This document shows, piece after piece, positions 52,595 to 61,152 of a DNA stretch of 64,000 nt. A program made the translations under genes and the position numbers. Where the stretch lies: contig JABGOP010000001.1 in the NCBI GenBank assembly GCA_018645365.1, positions 171,024 to 235,023 of the forward strand. Reading direction: 5' to 3'. The notes beneath the pieces are model-generated. The model was not told where the DNA came from. It did no database searches and saw only the letters and a program-made list of their open reading frames with translations. Every line of letters begins with the position of its first letter. The first letter of the stretch is position 1. The DNA comes from Candidatus Cloacimonadota bacterium (GTDB lineage Bacteria; Cloacimonadota; Cloacimonadia; Cloacimonadales; TCS61).

Positions 52595-53256
52595 TATTTA
52601 TCTCCTAAGATATATTTGGCAATTTCTAAGTCAAATGGCTCTGTAATTTTAAAGTTTTTTGAAGAACATTCCAAAACTGCCACAGAATAATCAAAATGCT
52701 CCAAAATTGCCGCATCATCGGTAAAATTATTTTTTGCTTTTTTGTGGCAATCAAAAATTAAATTAAAATCAAAAACTTGCGGTGTAAGTGCATTCACAAG
52801 GTTTTCTCGCGAAACAGTTTTCACTATCTTACCACGCTCGATTTGTTTAACGGTATTCTTGATTTTACTAATTGGAATTACTGCTTTTTCAGTTGTTACT
52901 TTGATTAAAAGTTGCGAAATTTCTTTTGCCGAAACAAACGGTCGTACACCATCGTGAATTAAAACAAAATCTGTATCAACTGGACATTTTTTGAGTGCAT
53001 TAAAAACGGAATCTTGTCTCTCTTTTCCACCTTCCACAAAGGTTATTTTCGGAAATTCAGCAAGTATTTTTTTTTGCCATTTTTGTTCATCTGGTGGTAA
53101 ACTGACGATTATTTCATCAATTTCGGGGTGATTTACAAAAACTTCAATAGTCCAAAAAATAAGTGGTTTCCCACTAATTTCAAGGAATTGTTTTTTTGTT
53201 TTATTTTGCAAGCGGCTTCCGTTTCCACCTGCTGTAATTATCGCGATATTTTTCAT
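52594..53256 (-). CDS. ispD: 2-C-methyl-D-erythritol 4-phosphate cytidylyltransferase
   Basis: ITAGGNGSRL, VLIHDGVRPF and TPQ motifs. Length is 220 aa. There is a 1-nt overlap with the downstream GlmS-like gene. Confidence 0.9.
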   Translation of the reverse strand: MKNIAIITAGGNGSRLQNKTKKQFLEISGKPLIFWTIEVFVNHPEIDEIIVSLPPDEQKWQKKILAEFPKITFVEGGKERQDSVFNALKKCPVDTDFVLIHDGVRPFVSAKEISQLLIKVTTEKAVIPISKIKNTVKQIERGKIVKTVSRENLVNALTPQVFDFNLIFDCHKKAKNNFTDDAAILEHFDYSVAVLECSSKNFKITEPFDLEIAKYILGDK

Positions 53257-53291
53257 ATTCTACAACTCTTAGAAATATCACGATTTTATGT

Positions 53292-53329
53292 CAAGAAAAA
53301 AGGCTTGTGTTGTTAACAACACAAGCCTT
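53292..53329 (-). terminator. Rho-independent terminator after the oxidoreductase gene
   Basis: Perfect 13-bp stem aaggcttgtgttg / caacacaagcctt around ttaa, followed on the minus strand by TTTTTTCTT. Confidence 0.85.
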
Positions 53330-53337
53330 AAATAATG

Positions 53338-54693
53338 CTATTTCTGTATTTTTGAGATTGCCATTTCGGCAGCTTTAATAAGTGGATATTTTGTCGGAGC
53401 TGTTGTTAATAGCGGATGTGTTCCTATTTGGTAGGAAACTAATTCATAAACCGTTACCTCTTTTTGAATTGCTAAACCAACCACATTAATAAGTTCACCG
53501 ACTGATTTTCCACCGTACATTTCTCCACCAATAATAGTTCCAGTACAAGGTGAAACAATTAATTTTACCATCAATGTGCTTGTGTCTGCAATAGTAGCTG
53601 GATGTCTATCTACATCGGTAAATTTTCCCACGACATAATCGATATTTGCATATTTTGCACTTTGTTCAATTGCACCCGCAGATGCGAAAACTACGCCATT
53701 TATTTCTGTAGAAAATACTGAAAGTGTACCGACAAAATTTCGGAGAAGCTTAATTCCAAAAAGGTTATAGCCCAAAATTCTAGCTTCAGCAGTAGCGGTA
53801 GAAGCAAGCATAATGTTGTCGGTTCTACCCGTTACGAAACCAATTGTTTGAGAGCAATCTCCCACTGCAAAAATGTCTTTTTGGGTGGTACGAAGATAAT
53901 TGTCGCATCGAATGGCATCATTGCTATTTATCTCTAAACCAATATTTTTTGCTAACTCACTATTTGGTTTGTAGCCAATTGCGGCAATCACAATTTCTGC
54001 ATCCAATTTTTCTCCACTCGTAAGTTTTACACCTGTTACTTTCCTGTTTTCGCCAAGAATTTCTTCGATTTTGTTGTTTGTATAAAGATTTACATTAGCA
54101 TCTTTAATTACCTTATCTGCTTTTTCTACGACTTCTTTGGAGAAAGCACGATAAAGGCAAAAATTTCCCATTTCTACAAGTGAAACTTTTTTATCTTTAA
54201 ATTTTGCAAGTTGTTCCGCAACTTCTACACCAATAAATCCACCACCGATAACCACAATATTTTTGGCTTTGTCTGTTTTTTGTCTCAATAAATCAATGTA
54301 ATCATAGCTTTTTTTGATGTATTCTACACCATCTAAATCATACCCTTTGATGAATTTTGGAATAGTCGGAGTGGAGCCGGTCGCAATTACTAATTTTCCG
54401 TATTGGAAAGTTTTTTTGCCATCTGTTTTTAGTGTTTTCTGAGTTGTGTTAATTTCGATAACTTTATCGATCAATACTTCCCCACCCGCATCAATAAAAG
54501 GTTTTGGTCCCATTGCGTTTTGAACCACACCTTCTAAATCGTGGAAGACATAAGGGATTCCACACGGCACTAAACCTTTTTCTTCCTCTTTAATAATTAA
54601 AAAACTTTTTTCTTGATTTTGTTTTTTCCCAGTTACTCCAGTGATGATTCCCGAAGGACCGCCACCAATAATTATTACATCATAGTTCTTCAT
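53338..54693 (-). CDS. FAD/NAD(P)-dependent pyridine-nucleotide-disulfide oxidoreductase, single-Cys Nox/CoA-disulfide-reductase type
   Basis: IIGGGPSG, the single redox Cys in LVPCGIPY, a second Rossmann motif VIGGGFIGVE, and FAVGDC. Confidence 0.75.
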   Translation of the reverse strand: MKNYDVIIIGGGPSGIITGVTGKKQNQEKSFLIIKEEEKGLVPCGIPYVFHDLEGVVQNAMGPKPFIDAGGEVLIDKVIEINTTQKTLKTDGKKTFQYGKLVIATGSTPTIPKFIKGYDLDGVEYIKKSYDYIDLLRQKTDKAKNIVVIGGGFIGVEVAEQLAKFKDKKVSLVEMGNFCLYRAFSKEVVEKADKVIKDANVNLYTNNKIEEILGENRKVTGVKLTSGEKLDAEIVIAAIGYKPNSELAKNIGLEINSNDAIRCDNYLRTTQKDIFAVGDCSQTIGFVTGRTDNIMLASTATAEARILGYNLFGIKLLRNFVGTLSVFSTEINGVVFASAGAIEQSAKYANIDYVVGKFTDVDRHPATIADTSTLMVKLIVSPCTGTIIGGEMYGGKSVGELINVVGLAIQKEVTVYELVSYQIGTHPLLTTAPTKYPLIKAAEMAISKIQK

Positions 54694-55856
54694 TTTGAAA
54701 TTCCTCTATTTTTATTTTTTAACATCAATATAAACGGAATTGAAGCAATTGAAATGATTGCACAAAACCGATAGGTTATAATTAAACCAAATTTGTCACC
54801 CAAAAATCCAATTAATAAAACCATTAACGAACTGACGCCGAAACTGATGGTCATATAAATTCCATTGATAAAAGCCGGATGTTCGGAATTTGTGTCTTGC
54901 ACTAGTGCCAATAAAACAGGACCAGAAGCAAACAGGAAAAATCCCATTATAAATAGCAGTGGAATCATAAAAGTGCTGTTCGAAGAGATAAATATCCACA
55001 TCAAAACGGGGTTGATAACGGAGGTAATCAGCAAAATATTTTTTCTGCCAAATTTATCTGAAATAGGACCTGCAAAAAAAGTGCCGATTGCTCCCGAAAA
55101 TTGTAAAATAGCCAATGAAATTCCCGCTAACCACAAGCTATTCCCTTGCTTGGTTAGGAAAGTGGGAAGGTAGAGTGTGAGAGATAATTTCATTGCTGCC
55201 CTAAAGATGGTAATACCAAAAATTATCACGAAAAACGGGATTAGTTTTTTGAATGTTTCAGAGGCTCCAATCTCTTTTTTCTTTTTCTGAAAATCTTGGC
55301 TGATGCTAATATTTCGTAACTTCAAATAAAGAATAAAAGATGCGATAATTCCCAATGGCATTACACGCCAGGAACCTTCTAATCCCCACCAAGAAATGGC
55401 AGCAGTAATTAAAAGTGGTCCCAAAGTTCTGGCAATTTCACCACCTAACATATAGTAGCTCATGCCCTTACCAGTTTGATTTGCGGAAACATGCTTAATC
55501 ATTACCGGAGTTGGTACATGAAAAAGAGTACTGCTAATTCCTGCGACGAACAACAAAATTAGTAGTGTTGGGTAATTGGATATATTTCCCAATAAACTCA
55601 TTGTAATAGCGGTAATTGCTGGTGTTAGAATAATGAAATAACGCACACAGATGCGGTCTGCCATTAAGCCCACAAATGGATTTAAAAGCGATGGAATTTT
55701 TCTGATAACATCTAAAAGCCCAGCCATAGAAAGTGAGATGCCTAATTTATCTATGAGAAGAGGTAAGATTGGTGCCAGAAAAGCCGTGAATATATCGTGT
55801 GAAAGATGTGCAAATGAGATTGTCAATACCTTTCCAACTTCAAATTTTTTCTTCAT
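54690..55856 (-). CDS. MFS transporter
   Basis: About 12 TM helices with an MFS loop motif GLMADRICVR. There is a 4-nt overlap with the downstream oxidoreductase gene. Confidence 0.75.
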   Translation of the reverse strand: MKKKFEVGKVLTISFAHLSHDIFTAFLAPILPLLIDKLGISLSMAGLLDVIRKIPSLLNPFVGLMADRICVRYFIILTPAITAITMSLLGNISNYPTLLILLFVAGISSTLFHVPTPVMIKHVSANQTGKGMSYYMLGGEIARTLGPLLITAAISWWGLEGSWRVMPLGIIASFILYLKLRNISISQDFQKKKKEIGASETFKKLIPFFVIIFGITIFRAAMKLSLTLYLPTFLTKQGNSLWLAGISLAILQFSGAIGTFFAGPISDKFGRKNILLITSVINPVLMWIFISSNSTFMIPLLFIMGFFLFASGPVLLALVQDTNSEHPAFINGIYMTISFGVSSLMVLLIGFLGDKFGLIITYRFCAIISIASIPFILMLKNKNRGISK

Positions 55857-55862
55857 ATTTTC

Positions 55863-56891
55863 CTAAAATCCCAATAGTAAACCAATTATTCCAGCGATTG
55901 CACCAAAAACAAGATTAACAGCTTTCACTGATAAAAATCCTCGTTTAGACTCAGCCAATAGCGGCAACATTCCGTGTCCATCTTGCACAATTGAGCTCGC
56001 CAACAGAATACTGAATGGAATTGTTCCCGATGCAAATAATGTAACAAAAACAAGATGCGGTCCCGATTCGGGAATAATGCCGATTAGCAATGCAACGGCC
56101 AAAACAACAAACATATTATTTGCAATCCAACCGTTTATATCCATAAATTGCAGTAAAATGTGAACGACAAGTAATGTGCCGAATGTCCAAAAAAATATTT
56201 TTGGAATATGAGTTTTGGCAATGTGTTCCCAAAGATGTTCTTCTAAAAAATGTTCGGGAACGGTAACAACGATGAATAAAGCGATTATGGATGTGAGCGT
56301 AATAGTTATTCTTATCCAATTCCATTGTTCTGGACCGATTTCGCCGAGAACGGTTCCCACCAAAAAAATAGAGATAATGATGAGCAGTAAAATGCGATGA
56401 GTGGAAGGCTTTCTTAAATGAATCAGAAGATTGCTTTTAGGAAAACAATCACATTTTTCTTCTTCGTGAAAAGGTAATTTATTGTTGGAAAATTTTATCT
56501 CAAAATGCTTTTTTGAAATTACTTTGTCAGTGATGAATCCAGCAATAATTCCAACTACAAAAATAATAGCTGTAAGCAGAATTGCCTTTTGCGGGAACAT
56601 TGCCAACATTATAAAAGCTTCATCTCCACTGGTTGCTATCATAGCAGTTACTACTGCTCCAAAAGAAATGATACGATGAGAAAATAAAGTTACGGCTGTA
56701 AAAGTACCAAGACATCCCGGGATAGCACCTAAAAATGCTGCTAGAAAATATTGTTTCCATTTGGATTCAGCAAGATTATTTTGCCACAATCCTTTTGTTT
56801 GAACATTAATGTACTCAATTATAAGCATCATCACGAACACAAAACCTGTTATCATTAATGCATGCTTTAGAACTTCGATTATTATTCTCAT
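55863..56891 (-). CDS. Polytopic membrane protein, resembles the putative 10-TM heavy-metal/arsenical exporter family (ArsP_2-like)
   Basis: 342 aa and almost entirely hydrophobic. It has a central cytosolic loop with HEEEKCDCFP. The family assignment is from memory only. Confidence 0.4.
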   Translation of the reverse strand: MRIIIEVLKHALMITGFVFVMMLIIEYINVQTKGLWQNNLAESKWKQYFLAAFLGAIPGCLGTFTAVTLFSHRIISFGAVVTAMIATSGDEAFIMLAMFPQKAILLTAIIFVVGIIAGFITDKVISKKHFEIKFSNNKLPFHEEEKCDCFPKSNLLIHLRKPSTHRILLLIIISIFLVGTVLGEIGPEQWNWIRITITLTSIIALFIVVTVPEHFLEEHLWEHIAKTHIPKIFFWTFGTLLVVHILLQFMDINGWIANNMFVVLAVALLIGIIPESGPHLVFVTLFASGTIPFSILLASSIVQDGHGMLPLLAESKRGFLSVKAVNLVFGAIAGIIGLLLGF

Positions 56892-56909
56892 TTAATTTTT
56901 CCTATGAAG

Positions 56910-57248
56910 TTAGAATTCTTTTAAATCTCCATTCTTGTATGCATTGTAAGCTTCTTTCACAGTCATTTCGCCTGCCCCGATAAATACTTTTATACCTGTC
57001 TGGTTAACAACAGCAGCTGCATTTCCACCCGGTCCATTTCCTGTTATAAGAACATTAATGTTGTACTCAGACATTTTCTGAGCTGTTTTTGGTCCAGCAC
57101 CGTGTGCTTCATTGGCGATTGCACGATTATCGTAAGTTTCAATTTTTTCCGTTTCTTCATCGTAAATAAAGAAAAATTCCGTTCTACCGAATCGTGGATC
57201 CATTTTAGAATCCCATTCTATTCCCTTTGCTGTTAATAATATTTTCAT
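56910..57248 (-). CDS. NifB/NifX-family (dinitrogenase FeMo-cofactor-binding-like, COG1433) small protein
   Basis: MKILLTAKG...FGRTEFFFIYD...VLITGNGPGGNA, a typical Nitro_FeMo-Co fold pattern. The start is set at 57248, preceded by AGGAGA, rather than the track's 57281. Confidence 0.7.
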   Translation of the reverse strand: MKILLTAKGIEWDSKMDPRFGRTEFFFIYDEETEKIETYDNRAIANEAHGAGPKTAQKMSEYNINVLITGNGPGGNAAAVVNQTGIKVFIGAGEMTVKEAYNAYKNGDLKEF

Positions 57249-57256
57249 TATTTCTC

Positions 57257-58126
57257 CTATTTGGTTTTTATTTTTTCCCAACTGTTTTCTAAAATTTGTT
57301 TGATTTTTCCATTATCAAACTCGACGATTGTTTTGCCCATCGTCATAGCTTTTGTGAAATTTTCATTATAGGGAATATCTGCGATAAAATCGATATTTTC
57401 TGCTTTTAGAAATTCGTGAATATCGTTAGATTTTTCCATATTTATATCCGCTTTATTGATGATACATCCAGCTTTAATTCCGAATTTTTTCACAAGTTCA
57501 TAAACTCTTTTTAAATCGTGAATGCCGGAAACAGAAGGTTCGGTTACTAACACAACATAAGTTGCTCCGGAAAGTGAAGAAACCACAGGACATCCAATTC
57601 CGGGCGAGCCATCAACAATGATGATTTCCTTCCCTTCTTTCTCCGCAATGGCTTTCGCTTCATTCTTTACTTTGGCAACTAATTTTCCAGAATTTTCTGC
57701 ACCAATTCCCAATTTTGCGTGCACCATTTTTGTGCCTGTTTTTATGTTAGATAAAAACCAATTCCCCACATTTTGCAGATTCATACTTATTGCATCGGTA
57801 GGACAAATTATCGCACAATATCCACAACCTTCGCAATCGAGAGGCTGGACAATGTATTTTTTGTCAATTACTGGGATTGCATTCCAGCGACAAACTTCAG
57901 CACATTTTCCACATTTAATGCATTTTTCTTGGTCTATTTTTGCGAGTAATCCACTGTGAAAATTTTCAGATTTTCCCCAATCTGGTTGCACTAAGAGATG
58001 CATGTCGGCTGCATCTACATCACAATCTGCCACGATTACATCTTTATCACCAAGATAGGCAAAAGAAGCAGTAATCGATGTTTTTCCGGTTCCACCTTTC
58101 CCTGAAATTATAACAATTTCTTTCAT
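57257..58126 (-). CDS. MinD/ParA-superfamily P-loop ATPase with an inserted 2x[4Fe-4S] ferredoxin domain (COG1149-like)
   Basis: Deviant Walker A GKGGTGKTS. Two ferredoxin motifs, CIKCGKCAEVC and CEGCGYCAIICP. Confidence 0.8.
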   Translation of the reverse strand: MKEIVIISGKGGTGKTSITASFAYLGDKDVIVADCDVDAADMHLLVQPDWGKSENFHSGLLAKIDQEKCIKCGKCAEVCRWNAIPVIDKKYIVQPLDCEGCGYCAIICPTDAISMNLQNVGNWFLSNIKTGTKMVHAKLGIGAENSGKLVAKVKNEAKAIAEKEGKEIIIVDGSPGIGCPVVSSLSGATYVVLVTEPSVSGIHDLKRVYELVKKFGIKAGCIINKADINMEKSNDIHEFLKAENIDFIADIPYNENFTKAMTMGKTIVEFDNGKIKQILENSWEKIKTK

Positions 58127-59028
58127 AATGCATTCTCCTGTTGATATTTGGAAATGAAAGTAATTATGTTTTCAAGTTGAACTTTTACTTCTGGGATTTC
58201 TTTGTAAAGCAGGTTTCCGGTAGAATATAATTCTGCTATCTTTCGCATATTGGGGATTTTGGCTATAAATGGAATTTTGTTTTCTGAACAATATTTTTCT
58301 ACTTTATTGTCGCCAATTCCAAACCGATTAATGATTATTCCGAAATTTTTTTTTAATTTTCGCATCGTATCCACCGCTAATTTCAGATCGTGTAAACCAA
58401 ATGGAGTTGGTTCGGTTACGAGTAAAATCAAGTCTGCATCCTTGGTCGCTTCGATTACCGGACAAGAAGTTCCAGGCGGAGCATCAAAAATTTTGATTGT
58501 ATTTTTGGGAAAATTATTATTAACATAATCCAAAGTTTGCTTTATAAGTGAAACAGCCTGCTCTTCACCGATGATAAGCTTACTCTCAATAAAATCTAAA
58601 TTATCGGATTTGAAATATTTCAATTCACCCATTTTTTTGGGTATCATTGGCAGAGATTTTGTGGGGCATAATTCGCTGCACGCATAACATCCGTGACACA
58701 ATTCAGGGAAGACCATAATCATCTCACCGAGTTTCATCACGGCGTTAAAGTTGCATACTTTCTGACAATTCCCACAAAGAATGCAATCAGTTTTTTCCCA
58801 TTTTGGAATCATTTTGAATTTATTTTCTTGATGGACTTTTTTACCTTCGATGAATAAACCTGAATTCGGTTCTTCCACATCCAAATCGGTTAAAACGATA
58901 GTTGTTTTTTCCGCCCAAAAAGAAGCTAAATTTGTGGAAAGAGTAGTTTTTCCTGTACCACCCTTTCCACTTGCAATTGCTATTTTCATTATTGATTTTT
59001 CGTTAGTGACCGCAGAGGTTATCTCCAC
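58123..59028 (-). CDS. MinD/ParA-superfamily P-loop ATPase with an inserted 2x[4Fe-4S] ferredoxin domain (paralogue)
   Basis: SGKGGTGKTT, CILCGNCQKVC and CHGCYACSELCP. There is an ATGA overlap with the downstream paralogue. Confidence 0.8.
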   Translation of the reverse strand: MEITSAVTNEKSIMKIAIASGKGGTGKTTLSTNLASFWAEKTTIVLTDLDVEEPNSGLFIEGKKVHQENKFKMIPKWEKTDCILCGNCQKVCNFNAVMKLGEMIMVFPELCHGCYACSELCPTKSLPMIPKKMGELKYFKSDNLDFIESKLIIGEEQAVSLIKQTLDYVNNNFPKNTIKIFDAPPGTSCPVIEATKDADLILLVTEPTPFGLHDLKLAVDTMRKLKKNFGIIINRFGIGDNKVEKYCSENKIPFIAKIPNMRKIAELYSTGNLLYKEIPEVKVQLENIITFISKYQQENAL

Positions 59029-59362
59029 CTCCGCAGAGATTATCGCCAGATTCTAATCCTTCTGAAATGTAGGTTTCCACGAGTCCTTTGAGATTATCTG
59101 ATTTGAGACCAATAATCACTTCGATATTATTCTGTGCAAATAAATTTTGTGCTCTCATTCCCATTCCACCAGCGATAATTGCATCACAGCCAAGCTCGCG
59201 CAAAAATGCAGGATGTGAACCTGGTTCGTGTGGTGGTGGGGTGATAAATTTTTCTTTGATGATTTTGTCGTTTACAACTTCATAAATTGCAAATTTTTCA
59301 CAATGCCCGAAATGAGCACTTAAAATTCCCTGTGTTGTTGGTATAGCGATTTTTTTGTTCAT
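59003..59362 (-). CDS. NifB/NifX-family small protein with a Cys-containing C-terminal tail
   Basis: MNKKIAIPTTQG..HFGHCEKFAIYEV...AIIAGGMGMRA. The start is set at 59362, preceded by AGGAGA, rather than 59416. The C-terminus is GDNLCGGGDNLCGH. Confidence 0.7.
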   Translation of the reverse strand: MNKKIAIPTTQGILSAHFGHCEKFAIYEVVNDKIIKEKFITPPPHEPGSHPAFLRELGCDAIIAGGMGMRAQNLFAQNNIEVIIGLKSDNLKGLVETYISEGLESGDNLCGGGDNLCGH

Positions 59363-59372
59363 TTTGTTTCTC

Positions 59373-59822
59373 CTATTTTTCTGTTTTTTCATTTCTGCAA
59401 CATTTTCCGTGACCAAAATTTCCAGCCATATCGATTAAATTTGTGGAATCGCAAGCTGGACATTTTGTGATATTTTTTTCAAAAGTTATATTGAACATAT
59501 GTCCGCAAGTACTACATTTTAAGATATTTCCGCGAAAATGTATATTGCCACCATCTATTTGTATGGCCTTGCCATTGATGATGAAATCGGCGATTTTTTT
59601 GCGAGCTTTTTCAATTAATCGGCTAAATGTAGGACGAGATATTTCCATTTCAATGGCTGCTTCAGAGTGTTCCATACCGAGATAATCAGCTAATCTGATT
59701 GCTTCATATTCATCTAATGAAAAGTTTACTTCCGACAATGTGCGAATAGGTATTCCCACAGGTTTAAACCCACAATAAAGCGGTGGCTGTTTGACAATTC
59801 TCTTTTTTTCAGGTCTCGACAT
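59373..59822 (-). CDS. DUF134/UPF0251-family predicted DNA-binding protein with a C-terminal zinc-ribbon
   Basis: FKPVGIP...SLDEYEAIRLADYLGMEHSEAAIEMEISRPTFSRLIEKARKKIA is a sigma-70 region-4-like HTH. The C-terminal part carries CSTCGH...CPACDS. Confidence 0.75.
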   Translation of the reverse strand: MSRPEKKRIVKQPPLYCGFKPVGIPIRTLSEVNFSLDEYEAIRLADYLGMEHSEAAIEMEISRPTFSRLIEKARKKIADFIINGKAIQIDGGNIHFRGNILKCSTCGHMFNITFEKNITKCPACDSTNLIDMAGNFGHGKCCRNEKTEK

Positions 59823-59886
59823 ACTAACTCCTTAAATTTTCTGCGGGCAGAGTTATGAGCATATGTTCATATGTCAAGAAAAAAGA

Positions 59887-61152
59887 TTATGTCGAAATGT
59901 GTTGAGTATTTTGTTTGAAACTGATAAACTTATTGTATTCTTCTAACGCTGATTTGTCGGCATTCAAACAGAGCGAATGGAACAAATCAAAATTTTTCTC
60001 AATAACATTCGCAATATCGGCATCAATGCTATAGTTATTGGCGGCAGAATGGAGAATTTTGAGAATTTTGTCTCGATCAAAGCCTTTTCTGTAAACACGA
60101 TCTTCCACAACTGCGGCAAAAATATCTGCTACTGCCATTATGCGTGAACCGAGTGTTAAGTTGTGGGCATTATGGTGGAATGGATAACCGTTTCCGTCTA
60201 ATCTTTCGTGGTGAAATGCTGCCCAAGTTGTGATTAAGTTTAGTTCCGAAATGGGTTCTAGAATGGTGTAAGTATAGTAGGCGTGACTTCGCATAATATC
60301 GAATTCTTTGGTTGTCAATTTTTCTGGTTTATTTAAAATTTCGAGCGGAATGGCAATTTTTCCAAAATCGTGTAGATTACCAGCAATTTCCATAAATTGG
60401 CTTTCTCGTTTGGAAAATCCGATAAAATCAGCCAATTGTTTTGCGGTCAAAGCAACGCGGCTGGAATGGGTTGCGGTGTGTTCCGACCTAAAATCGATGA
60501 GTACTTTTATCATGTGAGAAAAATCTAAAAGTTCATCTGAATTGAGTTCCACAATATTAAGCGGGATTCTTTGTTTGAGGAGGATGGAGAGTGAAGGTGA
60601 AGCAATATCAAACCAAAAATATTCTTTTTGCGAAAGATGCATAAACGCATTTACGATTTTTGGGTTAAAAGTAGTTCCAGAAAATTGTTGGATTTTTTTG
60701 CGAATATTTTCAGCTTGTGGTAAAGTGTATTCTTTTATGTTTAGTAGAATTGCTACTCTATCCGCCAAGTGAATGATTTGGCTTTCCAATCCTACGCCAA
60801 CCGAATGCTTCCAAACACAATGGTGGTCTCGAACAATTTCTGCCACTTTGGAAAATGGTTTGAACATTTTGAGAACATAATAACCAAATTCGGTGTGATT
60901 GTGTTCATCGACATAATCAAAATTTTTGATTTGTAATCGTTCTTTCAACGAAAAAGCACCAATATCATGAAGTGCACCAGCCAAAAGCAGATTGTGTTTT
61001 TGTTCGGAAGTTAGCTCCATTTCAGTACCGATTGCGTAAGCGATGTAGGCAACTTGAAGCTGATGATTACTGATGTCTGGATTTAGAAGCTCAAAAGCTT
61101 GTGAGCTACTAATGATAAGGTCAAAAAGGGAAACATGCAATTCTCTAATCAT
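59887..61152 (-). CDS. Tandem HD-domain protein with a C-terminal HD-GYP (c-di-GMP phosphodiesterase-like) domain
   Basis: The first HD has GALHDIGAF. The second has NLHDFGKIAIP and HHERLDGNGYP. Confidence 0.75.
   Translation of the reverse strand: MIRELHVSLFDLIISSSQAFELLNPDISNHQLQVAYIAYAIGTEMELTSEQKHNLLLAGALHDIGAFSLKERLQIKNFDYVDEHNHTEFGYYVLKMFKPFSKVAEIVRDHHCVWKHSVGVGLESQIIHLADRVAILLNIKEYTLPQAENIRKKIQQFSGTTFNPKIVNAFMHLSQKEYFWFDIASPSLSILLKQRIPLNIVELNSDELLDFSHMIKVLIDFRSEHTATHSSRVALTAKQLADFIGFSKRESQFMEIAGNLHDFGKIAIPLEILNKPEKLTTKEFDIMRSHAYYTYTILEPISELNLITTWAAFHHERLDGNGYPFHHNAHNLTLGSRIMAVADIFAAVVEDRVYRKGFDRDKILKILHSAANNYSIDADIANVIEKNFDLFHSLCLNADKSALEEYNKFISFKQNTQHIST

Noticed and set aside
53287-53302. 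16-nt identity TATGTCAAGAAAAAAG, also at 59870..59885. Each copy lies upstream of a minus-strand operon start (ispD, DUF134) and contains TTGACA on the minus strand.
   Set aside because: No convincing -10 element lies at the proper spacing in either copy. The A/T-run makes a chance match plausible in an AT-rich 64-kb window. In the first copy the run is simply the T-tail of the upstream terminator.
59823-59886. Direct repeat ACATATG-A-ACATATG (minus-strand reading) upstream of the DUF134 gene as its operator.
   Set aside because: It is very short and AT-rich with only two copies, so I cannot distinguish it from chance without footprinting. It is mentioned only as a place to look.
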